This document shows positions 32,964 through 43,054 of a stretch of DNA of 64,000 nucleotides, piece after piece. A model generated the notes under the pieces. That model was not told the DNA's origin. It saw only the letters and a program-made list of their open reading frames with translations, and made no database searches. This DNA is from an uncultured Nitrososphaerales archaeon (GTDB lineage Archaea; Thermoproteota; Nitrososphaeria; Nitrososphaerales; Nitrososphaeraceae). How positions within the stretch are numbered: the first letter of the stretch is position 1; each line of letters opens with the position of its first letter. Both the position numbers and the translations under genes were made by a program. The stretch is taken from the NCBI GenBank assembly GCA_963841565.1, contig CAWJCY010000006.1, positions 64,001 through 128,000 of the forward strand, given 5' to 3'.

Positions 32964-33359
32964 ATGAAACTGTTCAACGCACGAACGGCCACTGAGGAAT
33001 ATATGTCAACTCATTCGCTTACTTTTTCCACCCCCGAGATGACTCTTAAGAAATTTGCACTCTGGCTAGGGGAACAAGTTACCGCGCCTGATAGTCATGA
33101 AACAGTGCCTAGGTTGACTCTCTTTCTCCAAGAGAAGAAGTCTGGTTCATCGAGTCAGACTACTGAACCGGACATTGATGATACTTTTAGACCCTCTGGA
33201 GCTGTTACAGAGATGTACGGGAGAGAAATATCGAAAATAGGAGGAGACAATCATCCCGTTGTTGAACAGGTTGTAGAGGGAAAACATTGTGTTGACTGCG
33301 GTGCCAATTTAAATTTAAATTCCAAATTCTGTAAAACATGTGGTGCGAAGCAAGTATAA
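32964..33359 (+). CDS. Zinc-ribbon domain protein
   Basis: C-terminal CVDCG..SKFCKTCG. Confidence 0.8.
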   Translation: MKLFNARTATEEYMSTHSLTFSTPEMTLKKFALWLGEQVTAPDSHETVPRLTLFLQEKKSGSSSQTTEPDIDDTFRPSGAVTEMYGREISKIGGDNHPVVEQVVEGKHCVDCGANLNLNSKFCKTCGAKQV

Positions 33360-33761
33360 GTTGGGAGGTTTTTGTAAGCAAGAATTGTGGAATGCAAGGT
33401 TTAGATGATCGATTTGTGCGTCTGTTCACTGAAATTTTGAGTTTTCAAACGCCATCTGTCAATTGTAATTCTAATCAATTCTAGGTGCATAAAGAGTTTA
33501 ATAGTGCAATTGAAGTTTACGGAACTCCATAAGCATATACACTCAGGAATTTTGGTGTAATTTCTCAAAATGATAGATGCGACTCAATATTTAGAATTTT
33601 TTGCCTATTCTTCTTGCTTATCTTATTCTAATGATTGATTAGTCACCTCAGAATTTTCTATCAAGATCCTTACTGCCTTTTAATTATCTTAAGAACCTCT
33701 GAGGAGACACACTGAAAGTTTCATCGTGGCCAAACTGCAATGTACCTGGGTTTTGGAATAC

Positions 33762-33992
33762 TTATATCTTGAGTTTGCTCAAGGTATACAACTTCTTGAT
33801 GCGGTCTAACACCATAACGAGCCCAATGACCAAGAGGATTGCTATCAAGGCTTGAATTAATGAAGTTATTACCCTATTATGGATACCCAGCAAGCTATCC
33901 AGTGGTGCAACAAATATAATCAAAAATCCGCACGCCAATAGAACTATAGTCCACATTACTACAATAAACCCAAATAGCCCCAGTATAGCCAA
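33762..33992 (-). CDS. Small two-TM membrane protein
   Basis: Two hydrophobic helices; directly downstream of the GT4 gene, GGAG upstream. Confidence 0.7.
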   Translation of the reverse strand: MAILGLFGFIVVMWTIVLLACGFLIIFVAPLDSLLGIHNRVITSLIQALIAILLVIGLVMVLDRIKKLYTLSKLKI

Positions 33993-34013
33993 CTCTAAAC
34001 TCCTAAACTCCTT

Positions 34014-35027
34014 CTATACGAATAAGGATTGAATATAGATGGATATGAACGCTAGGGCTGAGCAAAAAATTGCGAGCTTTGTGACCTGCTTAATAATCTC
34101 TTTTTCTGTCAATGGACCATCCGCCAGTATCAATCTTAGTAATGTTACTGGGGCTCTCTTATCCTTAGATGCCATCAATTTGAAGTCATCGGTTAGCATT
34201 GTAGGACGGGCTTTTACTTCTCTGTGCTCTACTATTTTTTTCATACTTGAAAGAAAAAGAAATGAATTCATGACGGCTGGTAAGAGCGCTATCACAGCAA
34301 TGATCTCGGATTTACCTGCAATGGCAATCGCGCCGAGCATTGTTCCCATTAATAACGTGCCAGAATCTCCGGGAAATATCCGGCTTGGGTACCTATGGTA
34401 TTTGTAAAATGCTAGGGTTCCTGCTAGTAAAGGCAACCCGGCCAAAAAAACGTAAACATTACCGAATAACAGAACACTTATCAAGATAGGTATTAACGCA
34501 ATAATTACCGAACTACTTGCTACGCCATTCAGAACATCAATTGAATTAATAGTGTTCCCTACGACAGGTATTATAACGAATATTAAAGGAATGTAAAGGA
34601 TGGGAATAAACGCGCTACCAAATACCAAGTTAAGATAGTTACCATGTGCACCTAGCAGAATTATTGGAATGGCACCGGCCACTAGTGCCAATGGTTTAAA
34701 CCAACCTGGCATTATTTTTCTATCGTCAACTATACCTACTATGAAGCCTATCACAGTGGTCAATAGGATAGCAAGCACCGTATCATTAAGTGTCAATATA
34801 TACAAAATTACTTCGGCCGATGCTATTCCTAATAGCAAGACTGGACCGGCAGGCCTGGGTATATCGGGTTTTCCAGGTTTATGATAGTCTTTTACTACCT
34901 GGCCCTTCGAATTCAACGATTTAATAGACTTAGGCATAAGGAAAAAAATAATTCCGAAAGAAACCAACGATACAATTATTGCAATAATAAGATAAAAGGT
35001 GTCAGATATGGAATCAACGACTATCAA
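34014..35027 (-). CDS. UDP-GlcNAc:dolichyl-phosphate GlcNAc-1-P transferase (MraY/GPT, AglH-like)
   Basis: GIVDD, NSIDVLNG, IFPGDSG, many TM segments. Confidence 0.88.
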   Translation of the reverse strand: MIVVDSISDTFYLIIAIIVSLVSFGIIFFLMPKSIKSLNSKGQVVKDYHKPGKPDIPRPAGPVLLLGIASAEVILYILTLNDTVLAILLTTVIGFIVGIVDDRKIMPGWFKPLALVAGAIPIILLGAHGNYLNLVFGSAFIPILYIPLIFVIIPVVGNTINSIDVLNGVASSSVIIALIPILISVLLFGNVYVFLAGLPLLAGTLAFYKYHRYPSRIFPGDSGTLLMGTMLGAIAIAGKSEIIAVIALLPAVMNSFLFLSSMKKIVEHREVKARPTMLTDDFKLMASKDKRAPVTLLRLILADGPLTEKEIIKQVTKLAIFCSALAFISIYIQSLFV

Positions 35028-35284
35028 GATAGGTTCTGCAAGTTATGTCAGGCCTATTATAAATTTAATTAGTGATAGAATGTGGGAATATGGGTAACGG
35101 GTATCTTGGGCCGCAACCTCAGACCATAATACTTCTATTTGTATACGCAGAATTGGTTTGAGTGGTATCAAGTACCATATATCAGGGAATTCAGGTAGAT
35201 TGATAACTCTTCTAGTTAATTTAAATGCCAATTATAGAATAGTAGTATTAGGTCTTAGTATGATAGTGGTATAATGTGGTCGTC

Positions 35285-37456
35285 CTACATAAATTTGATA
35301 GTTTGCTTCTTTATTTTTCTTGCCATTGTTGTACCTATCTTTGGAATACTTGCAATGTGTTGTTCGTCCACTTCTATAAGATCCTTCATGGAGGCTACGC
35401 CTGCATCAAATAGAGATCTTGCTCTAACTCTACCAATACCTGTCAATCTTAATAGCGACAGCAACTCCGGCTTGACCCCGTATTTAACTCGTTTTCTAAG
35501 CATGTCAACTTCAACTAAAAGATCGTCCCTTTTACATAGTTTAGCGATCTCATAAAAGCCTGAAACTAGCCGCACACCAGCCTCAACAATCCTGTGTAAG
35601 TCTCCTGGTTCTACTCCTAATTCTAATGATATTTGTCTTACACTTGCTTCTTCGATCCAGTTGTGTAATACCAAAAGGCTTCTAGTGCATGCATGTTCGT
35701 CAAGCGGGATTACTAGACAACTTTCGTTCTTACTTAGTAGATCTAACATGGGTTCTAAATCTTTCTTTCTTAATTGAAGCTTTGGAAAAAAATCCTCACA
35801 CGATGTAACTACCTGAAGATATGCAAGTACATGATTATCTTGAGAATCTCTACCATTGCTCTTTATCGCTCTAATGAAGTTTCTAAATTGAATACCAGTA
35901 AACGGATCCATATATAATAAAGAAATGGTTTTGCCAAATGAAGTGGTTATGTATCTATCATTTTTGGACTTGATTAGTTCTTGTTCTTCAAGATTGTATA
36001 GCGTTTCGTCAACCTTACCCAATAACATTGACTTATCATGAGAATACGCACATAGGGTATTTTCAAATAATTCGTGAATTTCCGACCTTCTAATGCCTGG
36101 AACTTCTACTACCGTGCTCAGAACGTGCAACCTTAAAGACTTTCCGTTCATTAAATTAGACCTTATCGGTTCTGGTGTTCCATTGATATAATGGTCATAT
36201 AGATCTTGACCTGGGATATTGTCGTTTGCGATGATTATACCTTCTCCTTTTTCGTCATATTGGGGTCGCCCCGCCCGCCCACAAAACTGCTTGTACTCCA
36301 TAATTCTAATAGGAACATATCCGCCTTGCTCTAGATCATACCTCATTACGCTTGAAAGTATAACTCTTCTTGCAGGGAGATTCACGCCTGATGCCAAAGT
36401 GGGGGTGGCCACGATAAGCTTAATGAATCCTTTCGTGTATGCTGTCTCAACCACTTCTCTACATTGATGGGACAGACCTGCATGGTGAAAGGCAACGCCT
36501 TTGCTAATTAACTTTACTAACGTCTTCGTTAAGTCTGTATCGTCTCCCTTCTTCAAAAGCTTAGATGACGTCTCGGCTGCCATTACAGCTTCTTTTCGCG
36601 ATAACTTCTGATGAACTGTATCAGCAGCCCTAACAGCAAGCGAAACACACCGCTTTCTAGTTTCGGCGAAAATCAAAGATTGGCCACCTTTTGCAACACA
36701 ATCAATAGCAACGTCGACGGAGGCCGAGGCTTTGGTGGAAACCTTGACTGTAAACCGACTGCCATCATTCATAGAGGCTTTGCCATCTTCAAATATTCCC
36801 TCCACCAATTTTGTAGGTCTCCAAGAACTCATGACCAAGTCACAATCGAGCCATTCCGCTAATTCACTAGAATTGGCAACGGTAGCACTAAGTGCTAGGA
36901 TTTGAGCGCTAGAATACCTGTTTCTGATTTTGGTAAGTAGCATCTCTAGAGTTGGGCCTCTCTCTGGATCCGAGAGTAAATGAAATTCATCCGTTATAAA
37001 AAGTCCCACCTTCTGCAGCCAATCAATTCGCCGGCGAAGCAGTGAATCCATCTTTTCGTTAGTTGCTATAATAATATCAGCATCAGATAATCCGCTTCCT
37101 GGTGAATTGTAATCCCCGCTTGCTATCTTAACTTTGACCTGCTTGCCTATCAGAGGATGCTTTTCAAATAACTTGAAGTCATGGTATTTCTCTGATGCCA
37201 GTGCTCGTAAAGGGGTGAGATATATCACCTTTAAGCCTCTTTGAAGGACTGAAATTGTGGCAATCATCGCTGTCAATGTCTTTCCGCTTGCAGTCGGAGT
37301 TACGATTAGTAGATTCTTGCCTTCTGCGACACCTTTTGATAGAGCAAATTCTTGTGGAGGATATAACTCAGAATATCCCAGTATCTTCAATATTTTATGT
37401 AAATTTCTGTTTCCGTCCGTGTTTAAATGACGTTCAGGATCCTCAATTAATCTCAT
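35285..37456 (-). CDS. hel308: Ski2-like SF2 DNA helicase Hel308/Hjm
   Basis: TPTASGKT, DEFH, LSAT, TPTLASGVNLPA, GRAGRP, C-terminal HhH; start probably 37456 or 37483 rather than 37591. Confidence 0.92.
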   Translation of the reverse strand: MRLIEDPERHLNTDGNRNLHKILKILGYSELYPPQEFALSKGVAEGKNLLIVTPTASGKTLTAMIATISVLQRGLKVIYLTPLRALASEKYHDFKLFEKHPLIGKQVKVKIASGDYNSPGSGLSDADIIIATNEKMDSLLRRRIDWLQKVGLFITDEFHLLSDPERGPTLEMLLTKIRNRYSSAQILALSATVANSSELAEWLDCDLVMSSWRPTKLVEGIFEDGKASMNDGSRFTVKVSTKASASVDVAIDCVAKGGQSLIFAETRKRCVSLAVRAADTVHQKLSRKEAVMAAETSSKLLKKGDDTDLTKTLVKLISKGVAFHHAGLSHQCREVVETAYTKGFIKLIVATPTLASGVNLPARRVILSSVMRYDLEQGGYVPIRIMEYKQFCGRAGRPQYDEKGEGIIIANDNIPGQDLYDHYINGTPEPIRSNLMNGKSLRLHVLSTVVEVPGIRRSEIHELFENTLCAYSHDKSMLLGKVDETLYNLEEQELIKSKNDRYITTSFGKTISLLYMDPFTGIQFRNFIRAIKSNGRDSQDNHVLAYLQVVTSCEDFFPKLQLRKKDLEPMLDLLSKNESCLVIPLDEHACTRSLLVLHNWIEEASVRQISLELGVEPGDLHRIVEAGVRLVSGFYEIAKLCKRDDLLVEVDMLRKRVKYGVKPELLSLLRLTGIGRVRARSLFDAGVASMKDLIEVDEQHIASIPKIGTTMARKIKKQTIKFM

Positions 37457-37996
37457 ACGATCTGAATTAATCACTAATACCATATCGCTTAATAAGAATA
37501 GTGTTATATGTGTAAAGACATCAAGATGAAGGTAGTTCTTTACCATGTATCTACGACAATCCGCATGGATTGAAGTAAAGTGCTGAGACAATAGTTATGT
37601 AATTCGAACCGGAGAATGGAAATCGTTCGGCATATATCGGTAAAATTATTATTACATTATATAGCAACCTTCGAAGATTGAAGGAATGCCCTCTATGTAA
37701 CAAGGTAAAGTTTCACAAGATCAACTTTCTATTCTCTAGCTCGATCTGTAACGAGTGTTACTTAATTACAAGTGAAATTAAGAATTGAAACGGAAAGCAA
37801 TCTATCTATCCCTCCTCGTAATGATATTTACAAATGACTCTAGGCAACGGACTACCATGAAGGGATTATCATTGACAGCGCTTATCGGCATGGGCATTCA
37901 AACAAGCGATTTCAACTATTATTGGAGTTTTCTGGCCAGTACTTGTGATGGGTTCGACAAAGTTGATAAAGTGGAGCTTTCAAATGGTAGGGTATA

Positions 37997-38218
37997 TTGA
38001 CAGAAAATTCTGTCAGGCATATTGATGCGATTAGAGAAATGGAAGCGCTAAAACATGAGTATCAAGTACGTTGTAGTCATTTCGAATTGCAGTACTCTTC
38101 AGGCGATAATTCTATAAGCTGCTCAATCTGTAGCAAAAGATGGTTATATCATGAAAGAAGAGGGTTCCAGAATACACTTGAGATTTATACTGCAGAAAGA
38201 GACCAAATGGAGCAATAG
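37997..38218 (+). CDS. Small hypothetical protein, possible zinc binder
   Basis: CSH...CSIC..W pattern. Confidence 0.5.
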   Translation: MTENSVRHIDAIREMEALKHEYQVRCSHFELQYSSGDNSISCSICSKRWLYHERRGFQNTLEIYTAERDQMEQ

Positions 38219-38606
38219 TCTGAAGATATTTTCAGGATCAGTAAATGCAAACTGACAGATCTTGAACGTCTATTTGGTTGCAATCATCGTGTCACAGTAT
38301 AGCAAGTATCAAAGAATTGAATCTAGTAATACTCGTTCCATCGTGATTGGGTACTAGTATGCTTTACTTCAGGTAGACCTCTGTCAATATAGTATCATGT
38401 TACACTTTGGAAAGAACAATTTTGCAATACTTCCATAAATGATGACAAATTTCTTATTTGTTAATCTGAGAGGTGCCAAATAGTTCGTTAGAATGAATAC
38501 ATTACTTAATGGTGATATGATTAGCTTAAGATAATAGCGATGTGATTATCACAGGGCAACAAAACAAAATATATAATTGTTGAGAAAAGAACCTCTAAAG
38601 ACAGTT

Positions 38607-39707
38607 ATGATTTCAATGAGTCAGGTCATCAGTATAGTCGACGCTTATGACAGGAAGAACGTAAGTGTCGGAACAATTGGAAGTCATTCAGCCTTGGAAA
38701 TAATGGATGGATGCAAAGACGAAGGGCTTAAGACAGTTTGCATATGTCAAAAAGGAAGAGAGACTCCTTATTTGAGGTTTAGGCGACTCGCAGACGAGAT
38801 TCTCTTACTTGACAAATTTTCAGATATTCTTTACAAAGAAAATATTCAAAAACTGATCGACCTAAACACAATCTTTGTCACGAATAGAGCGTTCACTGCT
38901 TACCTTGGCTATGAGGCTATAGAGAAAAATTTTTTGGTACCTCTATTTGGTAATAGATCTCTGCTTCGTGCGGAAGAAAGGGAAGAAGAATACAACCAAT
39001 ACAATTTACTTGAGGAGGCTAACATCAGACATCCAAGCATTTTTAATGATCCTTCTGAGATAAAAGGACTTGCAATAGTAAAAATTCCAGAAGCAGCGCG
39101 AAGACTGGAAAGAGCCTTCTTTATTGTTTCATCGTATAATGACTTCATTCGGAAATCAGAAATGAGGATTGAAAAAGGTATTATTAATAGAGACGATCTT
39201 AAGAATGCGGTCATTGAAGAGTATGTGATTGGCACTTATTTCAATTTCAACTTCTTTTACTCACCTCTTAAAAAAGAGATGGAATTTCTCGGAATAGAAA
39301 GAAGGCTACAGACAAATCTTCACGACTTTACTACATCTATCCCTGCAAAGGAACAGATGGAAATAGATATAGATTTACAAAATATTGAAGTTGGCCATAT
39401 GCCTGCCAGCATTAGGGAATCTCTTCTGGAAAAGGTTTTTTTTATTGGGGATAGGTTTGCAAATCTTGTTAACTCAAAATACTCTCCTGGTCTGATTGGA
39501 CCCGTTTCATTGCAGAGTGTGGTGACTCGTGATCTTGAACTTATTGTTTATGACGTCTCTTTAAGAGTCCCAGGAAATCCTATTATGGCGACTACGAGTC
39601 CGTACACAAAATATTCACATGGGTTCGTTCTAGGTGTAGGCAGAAGAATAGCTATGGAAATTAATGAAGCACTAAAGAACAATAAAATCAAAGAAATAAT
39701 AACTTAG
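38607..39707 (+). CDS. purP: PurP-family ATP-grasp ligase (FAICAR synthetase or PurP-like paralog)
   Basis: GSHSAL, PLFGNR, IEVGH, GRRIAMEI. Confidence 0.88.
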   Translation: MISMSQVISIVDAYDRKNVSVGTIGSHSALEIMDGCKDEGLKTVCICQKGRETPYLRFRRLADEILLLDKFSDILYKENIQKLIDLNTIFVTNRAFTAYLGYEAIEKNFLVPLFGNRSLLRAEEREEEYNQYNLLEEANIRHPSIFNDPSEIKGLAIVKIPEAARRLERAFFIVSSYNDFIRKSEMRIEKGIINRDDLKNAVIEEYVIGTYFNFNFFYSPLKKEMEFLGIERRLQTNLHDFTTSIPAKEQMEIDIDLQNIEVGHMPASIRESLLEKVFFIGDRFANLVNSKYSPGLIGPVSLQSVVTRDLELIVYDVSLRVPGNPIMATTSPYTKYSHGFVLGVGRRIAMEINEALKNNKIKEIIT

Positions 39708-39735
39708 CTTTAAAGTAAGTAAGAATGTGAGAGTG

Positions 39736-40167
39736 CTACTGTTCTATTGTCTCTTCGAACAGGTTCCTTCTTACATGTATAGGGATATCATAATAAGCTG
39801 CCAATGCGATAGCATCTGAAGCGCGATAGTTCCTCATGATAAAGTTTTCTTTCCGATTCTTAAAGTATAGATTTGCCCTAAGAACTGATCCGCTTTGATA
39901 CACACGTACTTCTAGAAGTAACAGATCCTGGGTCACCGCTAGCTCTTCCACAAGGTTATAAATTGTAGGTATGGTATTCTTATCTCCTTCTTGGAATCTC
40001 GAGATGTGTCTAGCAACTTCTCCAGAGAAGGCGCGCATAGGAAACTCCTTCCCATCAAATGTTTTAAGTATGACTATCCCCTCTAGGCCTAGTTGGTCTG
40101 CAAATCCAACATAGCTGATCTTGGCAACTATGTATTCATCTTCACCTGTAGGCAAATTGGAAGACAT
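39736..40167 (-). CDS. Bifunctional nuclease (DUF151) family protein
   Basis: RASDAIALA..DIPI motif. Confidence 0.85.
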   Translation of the reverse strand: MSSNLPTGEDEYIVAKISYVGFADQLGLEGIVILKTFDGKEFPMRAFSGEVARHISRFQEGDKNTIPTIYNLVEELAVTQDLLLLEVRVYQSGSVLRANLYFKNRKENFIMRNYRASDAIALAAYYDIPIHVRRNLFEETIEQ

Positions 40168-40576
40168 TTTTACTTAAGGTATACAATTCTAGGAATTAAA
40201 GATTACACTATCCTACTTCTGCCGCTGTAGAAAGGGTTATGTCATGATGGATATCACTAAATACTCATCCATAGAATGCCTATTTAGTCGCCGCACGAGG
40301 AAAATAAATCATATTTTATTTGCATTAATAGCGTTTCATAGGGGTACACAGTTAAACGGTCTACACGCACGCAGGTAGGTATGAATAAAACTAATTGAAA
40401 AAGGAGAGAATTATCATGGACGCCTTATGATTATACAAGGCTTTGTTAATTGTTCCCCATCGTGCTCTGTTCGGAATGTATTCCAAATACTATGGCTTGA
40501 AGTGGTGTTCACAACAGAATAGGATCGAACCGTATCGTCACTAAGATGCTAGGGCAGACAGAATTGAGATAATTCC

Positions 40577-41176
40577 ATGTGTCATCACAAAGACTTTTTA
40601 TTCACGGGGATTACATGGTGGGCTGTGTTCAAAGAGAACATCTATAATTCGCCAGAGAAAAAGGTGGACCCATCATATTTTAGAGGAAAAGTGATCCTGC
40701 AACAGGTGCTTGGTGATGAAAATTCGAGGGAATTAGAGATCTACCACGTACTCTTTAAGGACGGAGCTACTACTACTGTGCATTACCACGAGACCGATCA
40801 GGTCCTGATTGCTACGAAAGGGCGTGGGATAGTAGGGATAATAAATAGTGACTCCATTTCAGATTTTGGGATTGAGGATATTGAAACAGTTTCAATGAAC
40901 AAGGAGGGAGATGTTGTGCAGATTCCTGCCTTTAGGTTGCACTTTCATGGAGCAGCTTCAGAGGAAGAGTTTTCTCACATAGCTATTCGTCAGATGTATT
41001 TCCTTGACAATTCAACAAAAAAAATACGCCGTTCAGAAAACAAGTGGGAGAGTGACATAATATTAGAAAAGAAGGGGGACCTTGATTCATCCTCTCGACG
41101 TAAAATCTCAGATAAAATTGGAAAGATAATACAAAGTGTGATTCATAACAATGAGGTGGCAAAAACCTCGAGGTAG
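40577..41176 (+). CDS. Cupin domain protein
   Basis: HYHETDQVL..KGRG and GDVVQIPAFRLHFHGA; start likely GTG ~40625. Confidence 0.85.
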   Translation: MCHHKDFLFTGITWWAVFKENIYNSPEKKVDPSYFRGKVILQQVLGDENSRELEIYHVLFKDGATTTVHYHETDQVLIATKGRGIVGIINSDSISDFGIEDIETVSMNKEGDVVQIPAFRLHFHGAASEEEFSHIAIRQMYFLDNSTKKIRRSENKWESDIILEKKGDLDSSSRRKISDKIGKIIQSVIHNNEVAKTSR

Positions 41177-41414
41177 TCCCAATAATTGGTTGGGAAACCC
41201 CAGTTAACAATAGCCCGTCAAGAAATTCAGAGCTTATGTAGGTTCTTTATGGCATCGTGTTTACTCTGAAATTCGAATCACTAACGTATAATATTTCAAA
41301 GCTTCTCGTTTTAGTCGTCATCGTGTCCTGGCAAGTCGAAAATAATGAAACAACTCAAAACACATTACCAAAAGAATTTAATACATCAATCAGGTGTAAG
41401 TAAAACCATATTAT

Positions 41415-41705
41415 ATGAACCTATTTCACCGCACCAAATACGAGTGCGACCAAGATGGAGAGAAATTTAAGAGCTACGATGAGCTTATACAACATGCAAG
41501 ACATGTTCATCACCATCCAATCGTAAAATGCCATAACTGTGGAAAAGAGTTCATACATGAAAAGGATAGATTACATCATGAAAGAGAAGAGCATGAAAAG
41601 ACCGTAGACTATAGATTGCACAAAAACTTGGACAAGCATAGCAAGAAAACTACGCCTCAAGAGGGAGTATATGATCAAACACGTAATTTTGGTGATAACT
41701 TCTGA
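41415..41705 (+). CDS. Tandem C2H2-type zinc finger protein
   Basis: YECDQDGEKF..LIQH..H and VKCHNCGKEF..RLHH...H. Confidence 0.8.
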   Translation: MNLFHRTKYECDQDGEKFKSYDELIQHARHVHHHPIVKCHNCGKEFIHEKDRLHHEREEHEKTVDYRLHKNLDKHSKKTTPQEGVYDQTRNFGDNF

Positions 41706-41928
41706 GTTTCTATGAATGCGAAATGATTGTGCTCATTACATTCAATCTAGATTTATAATAAATACCAAATTCATGGGTACCGCATACACCACTAGATGGT
41801 CATTTCTGATATCTGCATCCACATTTTTTTAAGGTGTGAGTTTAGGTATTAGAAGTGGAGATTTTTGCTAAAATTAAGTTCGTATTTGAAGGTCGATACA
41901 GATTAATGTCACAGCATGGAATTTCTCT

Positions 41929-42804
41929 ATGATGTTTGACGTCAAAGATTCCACAGAGCTACGAAATAGAGGTGTTAGGGTAGCCCTGTTAAGCAGCTTA
42001 TCATTGGTGTCGATATTTGTGATTTATAGTAGCTTAACCAGCCCACAAGACAATCAATCACTACAAGTGAGCTCTCAACTCATAAATCTCGCAAACATCG
42101 TATTGTTTTGGACTTTTGTATCCATTCCTATTTGTATCTACGGAATTTATCTTATTTTTAAAGCTGAAACAGCTAGAGCGTACTCAACCGGTAGCTCTTT
42201 AGGATCCTACTTGATGATAACATTCACTGATATCAAATATTGGAGAATTATGGTAGTATCTTCTGTGCTTTATTGGATTGGCTTCGCATTCTTGTCACAG
42301 ATACTGCTATACGAACCTAATATGCCAATCAGTGGAGGAGATGGAATTGTGACTCCTTCATTGATGGTTACGCCTTGCTGCAACCTACCTGGATATGTTC
42401 CTATGCTATCCGTGTATCTAACTGAGTACTTCACGATATTAATAATTCCAGTTAACTTTGCACTTTCTGTTGCTATATCAGCATTGGTCGGATTTAATCT
42501 ATCATTGATGGCCTCTTTCTTTAGTATGTCAAGAAGTCAGAATAGCAACAAAAAACTTTCAGTAGTGAGTGGAATAGGTATTACTGCTGGGCTCTTTGTA
42601 GGATGTCCAACCTGTGCAGGGAGTCTAATTTCGCTATTTGTCGGATTTGGATCAGGGGTTGCTGTAGCAGCATTGGCTCCATTTCAGACCCTGTTCCTTT
42701 TAATTAGTATCCCTACTTTAGTGATATCACCATTTATCGCTTCTAAATTAATGAAAAATAATTTCACTTGCAATTTCAGAGCAAATTCTGTTGGAGCAAA
42801 CTAG
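41929..42804 (+). CDS. Multi-pass membrane protein with CC and CPTC motifs
   Basis: About 6-7 TM helices; TPCCN and FVGCPTCAG. Confidence 0.8.
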   Translation: MMFDVKDSTELRNRGVRVALLSSLSLVSIFVIYSSLTSPQDNQSLQVSSQLINLANIVLFWTFVSIPICIYGIYLIFKAETARAYSTGSSLGSYLMITFTDIKYWRIMVVSSVLYWIGFAFLSQILLYEPNMPISGGDGIVTPSLMVTPCCNLPGYVPMLSVYLTEYFTILIIPVNFALSVAISALVGFNLSLMASFFSMSRSQNSNKKLSVVSGIGITAGLFVGCPTCAGSLISLFVGFGSGVAVAALAPFQTLFLLISIPTLVISPFIASKLMKNNFTCNFRANSVGAN

Positions 42805-43054
42805 AAGCATAAGCATGTCGATTGATTCTCGTCCTAAGGACATACTCAAAGGATAATACACATGTTGAGCCTACAGCAATAATATATAGCTGGTTGGCTT
42901 TCCTTCGTTAACGCAGGATTGGAAGCCGCGTTCATAAGGCAATTTCAATTTCAAATACTGTAAGTTATAGGGTCAAGTAGTCCGTTTTTTCCCATGCCCC
43001 AACGAATTCACCTGACAAATGGGATTGTCACATTATATGACGAATATCGGCGGT

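Noticed and set aside
38439-38470. ATGATGA...CTGA as a box C/D sRNA
   Set aside because: Only 20 nt between the boxes, no internal D'/C' boxes and no terminal stem
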